Positions 51,221 through 64,000 of a stretch of DNA of 64,000 nt are shown here, in pieces. How positions within the stretch are numbered: the first letter of the stretch is position 1; each line of letters starts with the position of its first letter. Position numbers and translations under genes: made by a program. The notes below the pieces were generated by a model. That model was not told the DNA's origin and did not search any database. It was given only the letters and a program-made list of their open reading frames with translations. Origin of the DNA: Lingula anatina (Eukaryota > Animalia > Brachiopoda); NCBI GenBank assembly GCA_051362555.1, contig CM120645.1, positions 18,290,001 through 18,354,000 of the forward strand, in the 5' to 3' direction.

Positions 51221-52335
51221 CCCCATAGAGCCCGTCACCGCATATGTGCGGTTCAATTATCGTTTACCCCAAACGCCCAGAACCGCATATGTGCGTATCT
51301 TGGAAAGATCGGCTTCTGTACTCTTTTATATAGTTAGTCATGAAATGATATATAGTTTAACATCCGGGTATGTTTCTTGTCTCTCATTGCCACCATTTTT
51401 AAAGGCGATAGAAATATATATGAGCGAGAAAACGGCGATTTTCAAGACTTAATTGGAGAAAGTAAAATCAAGATGGCGGCTCCTCGCTACGGTAGGGATC
51501 TGCGAAGGGATACTGTTATTGAAATGATTGAAAACATGGACTTTGATGAGAAGTTTTCGTGTGACAGTGACATAGACAGTGACGATAATATTCATTTATG
51601 ATATAAAGGACGATAGAAATATATGTGAGCGAGAAATGGGCGATTTTCTAGACTTAGCTGGAGAAAGTAAAGTCAAAATGGCGACTTCTCACTACGGAAG
51701 GGGCCTGCGAATGGATACTTGTATTGAAATGATTGAAAACTTCGACACTGATAAGGTGTTTTCGAGTGACAGTGATATATAGACAATGGCAATGATATTC
51801 CTTTATTTATGATATAAGTTTTATAGATGTTTTTGTCATAAATGGTGTTAAAATTTGACTTCTATTCAGCTCTGGCCACGAAGTTCAGGTGAGCTGAAAA
51901 GCTGGCTCAAGTATACCTGATAGCAAAACGAGCATAACTTGGAAATAAATGAAGGTAACTTGCTGAAATTTCCTGGATTGAAAGTTACTATAATTGACAT
52001 CATCTCTGTGAATTTTCAGGCAAATGTATGGAGAAATAAAAAATTAATGTGCATAAGATAAATCAACTTTGTTTTATTTCACCCATTACCAAATGAAAAT
52101 GCAGTTTTTAACCGGCCATAACTCTTGATACTGCATGTTGAATTTAAATATAATTCTATTTTCATTTAGCTTGAAATATTGGCTTTTTAAAAATGTATAC
52201 TTTGTATGGGTAATAAAGGCAAACAAATAAATTACGGCCAATTTACTGAGGTGACCCGGCTTTTCAAGGCTAGCTCACAGAATTAATTGGGCACCGCAGA
52301 ACTTTATGGGTCAGCATTAACCGGATCCTATGGGG
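51221..52335 (+). mobile_element. piggyBac-like non-autonomous element
   Basis: TTTA|CCCCATAG ... CTATGGGG|TTAA. An internal ~205-bp tandem duplication encodes an acidic N-terminal remnant. Confidence 0.75.
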
Positions 52336-52339
52336 TTAA

Positions 52340-52464
52340 GTTTAACGGTATCTGGCACAGACTGTGATGCCTTAGTTGAGAAGACATCATTAGCAAAGAA
52401 CTTACTTTCCTGAAGGCAAATAATGTCCATGAACATTACAAGATAAAATTATAACAACAGTCAT
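52340..52464 (-). pseudogene. Remnant of a non-LTR retrotransposon APE endonuclease N-terminus
   Basis: Reads MTVVIILSCNVHG and then, in a shifted frame, DIICLQESKF, matching the xNVxG and DIIxLQE motifs. Confidence 0.55.
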
Positions 52465-52814
52465 TTTTTAAGCCTGGTTTAGGCTAACATTGTATACAAA
52501 TGGTATAAAACATATTAAAGAAGGTAGAAATGATATTTACAATAAGGCCTTACTGAGCTAGGTCAACCACCTTTGACTATTCAATTATAACATACTAAAT
52601 ATATTACCCCTACCTTTTCATGCAGTTTGGTTGTAAATGATCCCAATCCAGCAGAGTATCTTCTCCAGGAACAATCTGAATAAAAATTAACAGGAGCTCA
52701 GTAATTCTGTCAGTAGACAGAGACAAGTCACAAATTGTTATTTACAATATTAACATATATCTCCTCCGAATGCAGAGATCCTTTGTTAGGCACTGCTATC
52801 CTGTGTAAGATCCC

Positions 52815-53050
52815 ATCCCCATAGGCACTATTGGTTTAAGTAGATCAACCAAATTCTGGCGACTATCTCGCTAAGTGCAATCAGATTAGCTGAATGACAC
52901 ACCCTTTGTTTCCAACATACTCCTACAATCACCAGCTTTTCTTAACACGAGAAGGAGGTGTGTTTATCTGTTAAGCTGATTGAACTCAGCGAGAGTCCCT
53001 GCAGAGTCCCGATCTACACAGATCGATGTTGTCAATGGGAATGGGACCTT
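52815..53050. mobile_element. Decayed foldback MITE, family H2
   Basis: Arms with TGCAATCAG..TAGCTGAATGACACACC and GGTGTGTT..GTTAAGCTGATTG, similar to 9965-10205. Confidence 0.6.
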
Positions 53051-53203
53051 AGTAGCCTATATAGTGCAAAATTCCTGTCTCTTTACACTGCCAGATATTT
53101 TATGGCCTGTGCTGCTAAAAGGAAAAACAGACTAAATACCATATCTGTAATCTAAACTGCTTGAGGTAGGATAAATTGTCAGATGCTCATTCATCATGTC
53201 TAA

Positions 53204-53431
53204 GACTGGGTTCCCACAGATTTAGATCAATCTATTTCTGGATCAACGCAACTCCTTGGGGGTTCACGCTAAATTGCTGTCAGCTTCTGGGACCCGAACG
53301 CACACAAATGTTAATTAACTCCTTACAGCTTTTAGTAGGCGGGACAGACATTTAAGCCGGTTAAACTGACAACAATCTAGTGAGATTCCCCAGGGGGATA
53401 GATCGATCTAAATATATGTGGGAATGGTCTC
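53204..53431 (-). mobile_element. Harbinger-like MITE H1, reverse orientation
   Basis: TAA flanks both sides. Reverse complement of the 45281 and 3336 copies. Confidence 0.8.
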
Positions 53432-54785
53432 TAAGTCAGTGAGTGACAGGCTAGGACATGTACAACTGCTGAAAAACTGACCATCAGATGACCCAATGCC
53501 ACTAGGCCATGAAGGTCTTGTATACGACCACTTTTACAGAGGTTATAAACAAGGCAACTAGCATTTTTAAATCATTTTATCAAATATGAAGAAAACTTGT
53601 AATTGCTTGCTCTGCAGCCAAAGGCCTCTAGATTTACATACAGATGGTTCTTTAAATGCTGAAAAACCATCTTGAAAACAGTTTTGTTGGTGGTTGATAA
53701 AGATATATTTCAAGCAAAAGTGACCGTAACACTGGTGGCATGAGCTTATTTTGTTTTGAAGTAAAGCTGTGCAAAGTATAGACAACAAGAAAAAAATCGA
53801 ATCAAACTGGTTTGCCAATTGGAGCTGTACGCTGGTCATTTTTGAGGAATTTGAGGATTTACCAATCTACAGACACTTTTTAAACTGAAATCTATAAAAT
53901 CGTGGCTCTTTTGTGAAATAAGAAATTGACCACTTAAACAAATAATAAACAAACCAAAATACTTCAGTTAATTTTTTTGGCAAGTAATACATTTTCATAC
54001 TGCATGTAAAACTAAAACAAACAAAACCAGGCAGCAAGGCTATCAAATGTCTGACAAAAAACAGAAAATAATAATGCACAAAATGGGATACTGTCAATTT
54101 TGATGCAATAATACATTATGCTTAACTTCAAAGTCAACATCAAATATTAATTATGCACAACAGGTAATAGCAATGTAAATAAAATGTGTAACAAAAATAA
54201 GGCTTCAGGCCCATGACAGTTCAAGTTCACACTTTGAAACATGCATCATCCTTATGAAAATCAATAGGGTTGATGCTTGAGGAATTACCAATCTAAGGAC
54301 ACTTATAAAATTGTGGCTTTTTCTTGAAACAAGAAATTGCCCACAAACAAACAATAAGCAGACCACTATACTTGAGTTAATTTTTCGGGCAAGTCAATAC
54401 AGTTTCATACTGCAAATAGAACTAAATAGGCTGTAATTTGAGAGAATTTAGTAGAAAACAGCCAACCAAATACCTGCATATGAATTGTTACCTTTTGTTT
54501 GTTGCTGCACATTAGTGTGACATAACATTACTGACCATATGTACACTCTCCCAATTCCTGCAAAATCTCACTTCATACTATGCTAATGTTAAGTTGCTTT
54601 AGGTTAAATGAAAAGTTCATTACTGGTGCTCTACACAAAGAGACAACACTCTAACTGTTTTTTAAAAAATCGTGTTAGAGATGATTTTTGAGTGATTCAA
54701 CAAGATAGGGCCTTATTGCACATGTGGGCACAAACATCAGGGGAAATGTTAACTTCTTTTGCTATCTTCTTCTACTGTTTAAATA

Positions 54786-54953
54786 CAGGGGCGGATCCAG
54801 AGATATTTTTTGACCGTCTTCCACATTATCTTTGTTGATCCATCCTCCATTTTTGACCGTCTTCCGACAGAAAAAAATAGGTACTCATCAATGTAAACTT
54901 AGAAATTTGACCGTCTTCCGGAAGACCCAGAAGACAGCCTCAATCCACCCCTG
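54786..54953 (+). mobile_element. Short CAGGGGCGGAT MITE, 5-bp TSD
   Basis: AAATA|CAGGGGCGGAT ... ATCCACCCCTG|AAATA, with internal GACCGTCTTCC repeats. Confidence 0.8.
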
Positions 54954-56289
54954 AAATATGTCCAAAGGATGCTGGATCTTCTGAGTTCCTTTTGATGTTA
55001 CAAATAAATCACAGATGGTAAATAACTACTAGTAAGTGTAAATAAAATGGCGCCATATTTTTTGTATACGTACGGTTTTCTGTGCTGCACATGCATGATT
55101 GTTCAAAGAAGAAGTGGCACCTGGATTTTCAGTATGGAATATGCTTTTACTTTGCTGTATGTGTACAAGGATGCAAATTATTTTTGTTTACCTTATGACT
55201 TCCTATTCAAGTTCAAAAGTAACTATGGGGGTATCTCTGCCAGTAATGCAGATACAAGAGTCAAAATTTGAAAAGTGTAGTTAATGGTGAAAAGTAAGTC
55301 AAAGGTCAATTTCAAGGTCACATTTAGATTGCCAGTATACGAGTTCCTATTCAAGTTCAATAGTAACTATGGACATTTCTCTGAATTTGCAAAGTGCAGT
55401 TCATAGTAACATTGCTAATTTATGACTTCCTATTCAAGTTCAATAGTAAGTACAGGCATCTCTGCCAGTTTTGAAGATACAAGAGTCAGAAAATTAGCAA
55501 GTTCATGATGAAAAGTAGGTCAAAGGTGAAATTCAATGTCACATTAAGATTCCTAATATGACTTCCCATTCAAGTTTGATCACAACTATGGGCATAGGGT
55601 AATGTGCCAAACAGTTTGACCAGTGCAATCAATTTGACCAAAAAATTATCTGACCAAACGTCAAAATCATGCGACAGAATTTTTTCTTGTTCCACTTGTT
55701 TGACCATATCTTCGGCAAGACTCAGTAAATTTTCAAGCTAGTGAAAAAGATGCTGCATGGAATAGACACTAATTTTTAATTTGATCTTCAGGGAATCGTT
55801 TTGGTTCAAATAACACAGCAACCTATTAGGCAATTCCTTTAAAAAAAATCCTTTTGATGTTGTACCCCCCACCCCCATTCCTTTTGCTGTGTTAAAAATC
55901 CCCCATATCTCATAACACACTAAGACTAATATGGTAAAAAATATTGAAAATAAATAAGTAAAAGGTAATATGTAGCAGTGGGGAAATGATAATCGAAGAC
56001 CAATGTGCGACAGAGGAAAAGCCTGACAATCTGATAACTTGTCGCCTTTACATTATAGTAATGTTAATTGTGACGTCGCTTAAAGAGGAGGGGGGTCTTA
56101 CTGTAGCTCGCAATCTATTGTTAAATGCGATTGTTATCATTTTTCAAATAAACTAAAACCATGCCTTTACAGTTACTGTATGTCCGGCTGCCATGGAGAA
56201 AGGTCCTGTTGAACAGTTCACTGTACTGTTGTAAGAAAGCATACATGCGACAACGGGCAATAACAGTCAAGTATAAAATTGACATCTTA

Positions 56290-56835
56290 GAGCACATTCT
56301 CAACGAATTAAGCCAGGCTTTACAAAGCCGGTGACCTAAAAATGGCGGACGTACATGAAAGAAAAACCGCCTAATCTTATAATAGTCTCTCCGCCTCTCA
56401 CACGTCTCCCCACACGTCGTCCCTGCGGGGTACAGTAATTAAATCTCGGCTCCAAACATTAATATTTCCGTGAACATCTCTGGTGATATTATCTCCGTAG
56501 ATAGTCGATTCATTGCTGCTCTAGGGGCCAAATTATTCCTTTTTCGTCTCTGTTTTCAAAGATAATAGAACAGAAGAGCTTTTTTCCTTCGATCACCTTC
56601 AGCCGCCATGCTTTCTTCACCACGAGTTTAACTGATGAGCATGCGCACTTAATATTTCTCAGGTAGCTTCCGCATGGCGAACGGAGACGCGATTTAATTA
56701 CTGTTCCCCGCAGGGACGACGTGTGGGGAGGCGGAGAGACTATTAAAAGATTAGGCGGTTTTTCTTTCATGTACGTCCGCCATTTTTAGGTCACTGGCTT
56801 TGTAAAGCCTGGCTTAATTCGTTGAGAATGCACTC
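56290..56835. mobile_element. Harbinger-like element with ~155-bp TIRs
   Basis: TTA|GAGCACATTCTCAACGAATTAAGCCAGGC ... GCCTGGCTTAATTCGTTGAGAATGCACTC|TTA. Confidence 0.9.
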
Positions 56836-57993
56836 TTATTGTTTAGATGCATATAAATATAACGTTATAAGAGCTAAGCATTAAACCTCGACAAACTAAC
56901 ATCCATTTTTAAATAACAACCAGAAAAAAAAGCCATGTCATAGTTATGAGCTGACAAATTGCTTTAAAAATTCTGTTGTGGGAAATAATCATCCGTTTCT
57001 CAAAGCGCACAATGGGAAATGAGATGAAAATATTTTAAAATAAGTGAAAAGGTTTATATAAACAACAGAATAGAAGAAAATATCTAGCAGTGGCGCAAGG
57101 ACAATTTAACTCCAGTGTGCCACAGGGGGAAGACTGACAGTGTGATCACACTATATAAAGTATAGTCAATTAACAAATGTATGACATTGGTTAAAGAGAA
57201 GGGGGGTCTTACAATAGCTGGCAATCTATTGTTAAACACGATGACTATCATTACTTAAAAAAACTTAAACCAAGCCTATAAGATGGTTAAATAAGATTAG
57301 TGATGCAAAATAATAATGGTAATTCAACGGTGACGATGGAGAATGTGTCATTCACAATGTTAATAAAATAAGACTGGTTCAAGCCAATTGTCTATATCAA
57401 ATAAATCTTTTTAGTAACTGAGGTTACACTTCAGCTTGTTCTGTAAATATTTTTTTTAAAATAATGTTACTTTCTTTGTTACTTTTAATCTTTATTTTTT
57501 GCACAGGTTGCGATGATGGAAATTTATATACGGAGCATCTTTAAACTTCAAAACTACCCAACGGGTAGATAAGCAGAACAACGGCTAGTGCTTGGAAACT
57601 TTACGTTGTGCTTGTTAATCTGAGATGGGGCTCGTTAATATTGGCGTTTGCGCTAGGGAATCTGAGGCTCATGCTCGGAAATGGCAATTATCGTTTATGA
57701 GGCCTGAACCAGTATACGACAGAAGCATAATTATTACTACCACTGTACATGCAAAAAAGCCATAATTTCATGCCTTACTAGACCTCAGCTCTTCTTGATG
57801 TGAATGCTCTCTATGTCAATTTCTAGTCTCCACCCCACCACATTTCTCAAAATGTTAGGGTTTTGAAAGTAACCCTACTGTCACCAGTTGGTTATGTTCC
57901 CTGACAGTGAATCCAACATTACATGTCCCTCTCTCAAGAGGTTTTTGATGCCGATAATGTACCTCAGGAGCCTCAAGACAATTGCTGCCAGGC

Positions 57994-58328
57994 CAGACAT
58001 GCTGAAACTGTCAGTCCAAGCGGTCTAACCGATGAATTTGTCTGGACCGGTTAAAAATTGGACGTGGTGGTCCAAAGGAGCGATAAGAGTTGGCTGCCAT
58101 TTTGAATATACTGTCATCATTCGATATACTTAATTAATATAAAATGAAACGTTTTTCCCTTCCATTTCTAACCAATCACATTCACAAACAAAGTAAGCTA
58201 CTTAATCGTAGTATCCGCCTCAAACAAATATGGTGATTTTTGGTCCAGCAAAAATCCATATGGTCCAGCAAATTTTTCATTACTGCCGGTAAATGTCCAG
58301 CCCTTCTGAAAAGTTTTCAGCATGTCTG
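57994..58328. mobile_element. hAT-like MITE (CAGACATGCTGAAA TIR), 5-bp TSD
   Basis: CAGGC|CAGACATGCTGAAA ... TTTCAGCATGTCTG|CAGGC. Confidence 0.85.
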
Positions 58329-60219
58329 CAGGCCTGAGAGCTCTGTGACACTCATCAGTATCCTTTTTTCATATCTTAAACCTCCTTCCCAGATGTATAA
58401 AAGTTCAATAGCCTAAAGAAAACACAAACAAGGAAAAAGTTGTTTTTTTTTTTTTAATTTTGAATTCAAAGTTCATTGGTTCATTAGTGGCAAGAATCAT
58501 TGACCAGAGGGTCTGTTGGTCCAAAGATTTGTTGGCCCAAAACATTGTTTCTATATTATTGGCATGTGCTTCTATATATTCCTTTTTCTACCTCGATATT
58601 AGTAAGGTTTAATATTCAGAAGGTTTGCAATTCTAAAAATTCACTTTTCCAAAGGTTTGCTTTTCTGAATGCACCAGTTGAATTTTCATCGCATTTCAAA
58701 AGTAGTTTTAACAAACCATAAGAGGGTGAGTTACACATTATATTGTGCTATAAAGGTTAACTCTTATGTTAATGTAAGGATTTACTCATTCGCAAAATCT
58801 GCACACCTTGCAAAAATGAGAGAGCCTCTGAAACGTTTCTTTGACATGGAGGTTCAGCTATCGCATCAATAAACTTATTCAGAATACTGAACCCTTCAGA
58901 ACATCGAACCTTGAGTATACCAAACCTTTTTTTTTTTAGAATAGTGAACATTTATAATAGAAGTCGATTTTAGATAAAAATGCCTTCATTTTTTGGAATA
59001 CCGAACCTTCAGAATACCAAGCCTGCTGAACACAGAGCTGGCCTCCATTGTTCTAATAATACAACCATCTCAATCAGCCATTAATTTATAAGAGGATGTT
59101 AGACCACAGGGAAATACTTTCCTTGGTTTCTCCTATCAGAAAACTTGATATAACCCATTAATTCCATTGCTCACTGGGAATTGTTGATATAATTATCTCC
59201 ATAGACTAGTAGGGAGCCCTTTTTTTACAAAAGAAAAAAGTAGTTCAATGAATCACATAAACCAAAAGAAACCAGTATTACACACAGATGGCAGAGAACA
59301 TGGCGTTAGGTTGAAGTGTGATCTTAACATGAGTCATGAATGAATCAACCTTATTAAAACAAAGTACTCATTTGGTATATGGCTACAAATAAATATATTG
59401 CAAATTGAGTAATATGAGATGATAAATCATTTGTTCTGGCAGCACATTCAAATTAAAAAAGTGTAGAAACAAATTAAACCAGAAAGAAAGCACAGCACAT
59501 ATGGCTGTCTGTGACATGCCCAATGGCAAAAGCAAAAGAGCCTAATATTTTTCTTGATATATAGTTATTATATCAATTCTAGAAATGGGTAGTATACAGC
59601 ATTGTAATCCAACGTGTGTCTCTACACTAAATTTTTATCGTATTTTTAAGAAATTGACATGCATCTCTGTCAAAAAGGGCTGATATTGTTCTTGACTGGA
59701 TTTCCAGCTCAAGGAGAGTATATACACTATATGACTCACATCCTCAGGGGAGCAGGAGATATGTTTGCAGTTAAAAATACACTAAGGCGTCTGCAAGTCA
59801 TCTTACTAGCCCCAGTGTTTAGACTTGAAAGTTAACACCAGGAGAGCTATCACCTGGCCAGTAATGGCACTTGACCCTTTATGTATCTAAATTCAGAGAC
59901 CAAAAACACAACAAGGCAGCAAAGATGATAGAAGCAGAAACATTTAAATAGCCTGTAAACAAAGAGCAACAAATCTTGTTGTGAAAGAGAACAATTTTTG
60001 GCAAATTTGGTACAATATAATAACATAATGCTTAACAGCAAATTGGCCACCAATTTTAATCAAAAGACATCTTACTATGGTGACAACTGGAAGGCTATAT
60101 ATCTCTTAATATGCTATATGATGTTTGCTAAGAGTCCTTGGCGTAAATTTCCTCTTTATAACTTTAATTCAAATACTGCTGAAAAAAGATTTTGGTTCAA
60201 GTTTTTCCATGATTTAATT

Positions 60220-60236
60220 GTGTATGTGTGTATGTA

Positions 60237-60282
<46 letters not shown>
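60220..60282. repeat. (TG)-rich plus (GA)n microsatellite
   Basis: Read directly. Other simple repeats are (AT)n at ~26489-26516 and poly-A at ~22260-22294 and ~41705-41760. Confidence 0.95.
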
Positions 60283-60285
<3 letters not shown>

Positions 60286-61534
60286 ATTTCCACCTTAATA
60301 CACTGTACCTGCAGCAGTAATGGAGGTCATACCATTACCTTTGTCTAATATACCCACATGGGTAACAATTAAGCCCGTCAGATCAGCCATAATCATTTCA
60401 TATCTTAAACCTTAATATTACATTCAAACACCTATTAAGACTATCTGGTTATGCTGGCTATGTCTGTTAGAATGTGCAAACAGCACCATATATTATGACA
60501 TCAAATGTTTTACCTGTATGGATGATTGAGGTCAGAACTCACACTAACTGGCTCTGCATCTGCCCTCTCTACTAGAAAATTCCCCACTGCTCTGAATATC
60601 ATTAACCTGCATCTGAACACTGCTGCTTAAGAGGATAATTATACCCTCAGTGCATGAAGGAAATTAATCACAGATTAAATGGTCAGGCCTGTGCGGGTTG
60701 AAAATATCCAAAGTAATAAATATGCAGTCTCTCCATGGTAAGATAACCACTGAAAGCCTTTGCTGTCAATTTTATAACTGGTTTCCTCAGTTAATCATCT
60801 GTCTTTAAAAATTGTGAAAAACAAAAGAAAGCAGGAGTAAACAATAACATCTACACAATATTCCCAATGAATGAATGTTATCACTGTACAACAAAATGTA
60901 CTCAATTGCTGTATGTGAAAACCATATTTTTACCATCAAATTTATAACTGTATTTCCTGTTTAAAACATAAAAAGTAGTAAAGCTGTCAGATAGACAGAC
61001 ATATAAATGATAGAACAAAATATAAGTGCACAAATGTTTACTCCAAGTTCATTTTCATCACTATCACCACTGAATGACAAATAAACATATAATTATTGTT
61101 AAGGCATCTTCTACTGAATTTTCATGACAAACAAGGGTTAAGCCAGCAAGCTTTCCAGCAAGTCAAGTAGAGGACAACCTATCTCACAGCTGGACAGCTT
61201 GTTCAAACTCATATGGCTGGATGACTTGTTAAAATTCTCAAAAAGAATTTTCCTTTAGTCTCTTAATGATATGTCGGAAGTCAAATTTTTTGCCAAATGA
61301 CCAAATGCCACCATACAATTTCAAATGGCATATCTTAAAAGTTTCCACAGGGCATAATTTCATTTTTCTCAAAAAATTATACATGATTGGATATTTTATG
61401 CTTTCTTTCTATGCAATACAAACTCTGGGTTGTTTTCAGCAACTCATTTGAAAAATTGTGGCTCTGCATATGCAGCAGTTATGCACCACATATTATTACA
61501 TATATGACAGACTTTTATGAACTGGAAGGACTAG

Positions 61535-61791
61535 GGCTTCATTCACATGCAATGTCTATTTTCTAAATTCTATTTTCTATTCGCGCTATCTTATGATCAA
61601 GGTCTGTGCCCTGAATATCCCGCCGCGTAATTACTGGCAGCGCGAGCCAGTTACTTATAGTAACTTATAGTAACTGGCTCGCACTGCCAGTAATTACGCC
61701 GCGGGATATTCAGGGCACAGACCATGATCATAGGACATACCGCAAATAGAAAATAGAATTTAGAAAATAGACATTGCATGTGAATGAAGCC
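61535..61791. mobile_element. Near-perfect palindromic (foldback) Harbinger-like MITE
   Basis: TAG|GGCTTCATTCACATGCAATGTCTATTTTC ... GAAAATAGACATTGCATGTGAATGAAGCC|TAA, with arms pairing almost to the centre. Confidence 0.9.
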
Positions 61792-64000
61792 TAAGACGTG
61801 TAAGTCAATTTACAACCAGAAATTTGAAAGAGGTGCAGTGTTATAGCTCTTTTATGGCAGATGGAGTGATTAATTCAGTTTTTACCTTGGAAAGTTTACT
61901 TTATTTGAGTCATATAAGGAATAAGTAGATCTTTTCAATAAGAAGAATTTGTGAAAATGACAGATACTATACTATTAAGGTCAATATTTCTTATAATGAG
62001 AACATTCCTACTGAGTGGCAGCAACAAAATTAAGAGCGCGTCCATGAGAAAGCCAGACAGATCGGTCAGAAGGCGGCAAGGTGGGGGTCAGCAGATTTTA
62101 ATAATTTTTGGTGTGGTAAACCATCAACATAAAAGATATTGTGAGCCACTGGCTTTCTTATTTTGGATCATTAGTTTTAGAGATATGGGGGCAGATCTTT
62201 TATTGTCAATTTTGCCAAAATATAGCATTTTTTAGCTCTTGAAAAGTTATAATTTTAAATATTCTTTTAAAAAATCATGTACATCATAAGGAATTATTTA
62301 GGTAAGCCACATGATAGGTTAAGGAAAGACCTTTAATACCCAGTACAGATTTTTTGAAAAGACACTGTCATGACCACACAAGGTTGATTCTAATAAGGCA
62401 TGTTTTCCGTATGCTTGACCCCCTCCCCTTCTTTAAATGCACACAACTTCTTTTTTGCAGGTTGTATCCATATAATTTTGGTATGTACTGATAGAAAAGG
62501 GTTGAAAAATAAATTTTGTAAAATAAAATCTATGTTAAACCTTGTAAAATTAGAACTATAACAATTTTAAAAAGGGCCTAAAAACGAATATTTTTATTGA
62601 CCCATTAGAGCCTGCGTCATCAAAACAAACAGCAGCCATGCTGGAGGGAGACAGGAATCGTCTGCTGCGCATGAACAAGCCATGTCTGTACATGTAGTTC
62701 AGTTTTCGTTTTCTGTATTTTTTTTTCATATTTAACCGAGCAAAATGATGAATTACTGCAGGGTATTTGATCGAGAGAAGGTAACTTACTTTACAAGCGT
62801 TCACAGACTGCCTGCAGTGGTAAAAACCCATGGTGAAGGAACTAAAACCATAAACGGAGGAGAGACGGCGAGGTGGCTTTGAATCAAGACTCTTCGGAAA
62901 AGTAAAGGATAAAACTAATTTATTTTATAGCAAAGAATGAAGAGCCAACTGTGCAGATTTACCATAAAAGAAAAAACAGTAGAACACCAAAGACCTAGGT
63001 GTGTACGTTTGGGGCGCACGTATATATTTAAAGTAGTGTCCAAAAAGTGTGGATGGAGAGTGTGTTAATTAATTTGTTAAAACGTGTGGAAATACCCAGG
63101 CAGGGTTTCGACTTTTATAATGAAGACTCACCTATTGCCTTGGGTGTAATTTGTTATCAGTTACGGTGCTCTCTAGATTTTATCGGCTGTCACCTACCTC
63201 TTTTATACCTGGTTAGCATTATTCCCAATTAGTGTCAAGGCTATATTTGTACTGTACACAGCTGAGCTGGGCCAATTAAATCAATTACCTGTATGAAGTG
63301 TATTTGGAAGTTAGTGGCTTAATTTTCGATTTGGTGTAGTGATAAGAGTAATTTTATTTTGCAAGTAAATTCTACCTCAGGTGTAATTGACATATAACTT
63401 TAATAACCTCATGAAATAATTTTCCACTTTCCTCTGTAAAAATGTTAAATTCTGCTCCTTTCAACTGTAATGTTGTAAGTTATAATAATATTAATATGAA
63501 TAAAAATCACTATTGTTATCTTTCTATTAATTTATGTATTTATGTAGGAAATTGATCAGGCATTTCCCACCAAGCCACACTGATTGGGTGCAAGTTAATT
63601 ATTAAAAAAAAAAAAAAAAAAAAACGGAAGCTTTTGATGACACACAAGGTAGAGGCAGCAAAAAATATTCCTAGATCTCTGTGACCAGCTGAGGAGACAG
63701 GATCTGAACATCAGGAGAGTGAAATCCAGTGCATGACAGGAGTTATTTAATTGAAGCGACACTCAGAACTCAGCATTTCATGTTCACTTTTATTCATACA
63801 AAATGTGCACTTTTCCTATATGTTTAAGCAAATGGTTGCAGAAATCAATTCATGAACTGAATTATTATTTTACATTGGACATCATAAATACATGATTGTG
63901 AAAAATGCCTTGCTTCTGTGAATGACTGAATAATAATAAAATCCTAACAATGTTGCTTATATGAATGGTTGCATTCATGGTGAATATTAAACTCTCTCAA

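Noticed and set aside
61977-63500. Possible TTAA-flanked DNA transposon
   Set aside because: It begins TTAAGG and looks TE-like, but I found no matching terminal repeat or second copy.
23406-64000. A second host gene, tRNA or rRNA in the upstream region
   Set aside because: All other listed ORFs are short, low-complexity or inside repeats, and I recognised no RNA-gene signature. Small exons cannot be excluded by eye.

Overview
This is AT-rich animal genomic DNA, most likely from a lophotrochozoan such as a mollusc (inferred from the protein and repeat types). It holds one host gene: dystroglycan (DAG1/Dg) on the minus strand, with three coding exons (23006-23405, 14090-15026, 12407-13881). 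These splice in frame to about 885-907 aa, depending on the start codon. The first visible exon has a splice acceptor, so an unlocated upstream exon must exist, and much of 23.4-64 kb may be intron. Nearly everything else I can interpret is non-autonomous DNA transposon sequence, often nested, and many elements have readable terminal inverted repeats (TIRs) and target-site duplications (TSDs). These include a dead Tc1 (DD34E) transposase, pogo/Tc1-like TA elements, and piggyBac- and Kolobok-like TTAA elements. There are also Harbinger-like TWA foldback MITEs, hAT-like elements with 5-6 bp TSDs, Academ-like TAG...CTA long-TIR elements, and Helentron/HINE-like elements with 146-bp tandem arrays. 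I see no convincing novel multi-gene system. The best leads are the self-nested 8-kb transposon stack, a CpG-rich cargo repeat shared by two TIR families, the short-TSD hAT set, and vertebrate-like processing motifs in dystroglycan. All family assignments were made by eye from termini, TSDs and motifs, not by database search.
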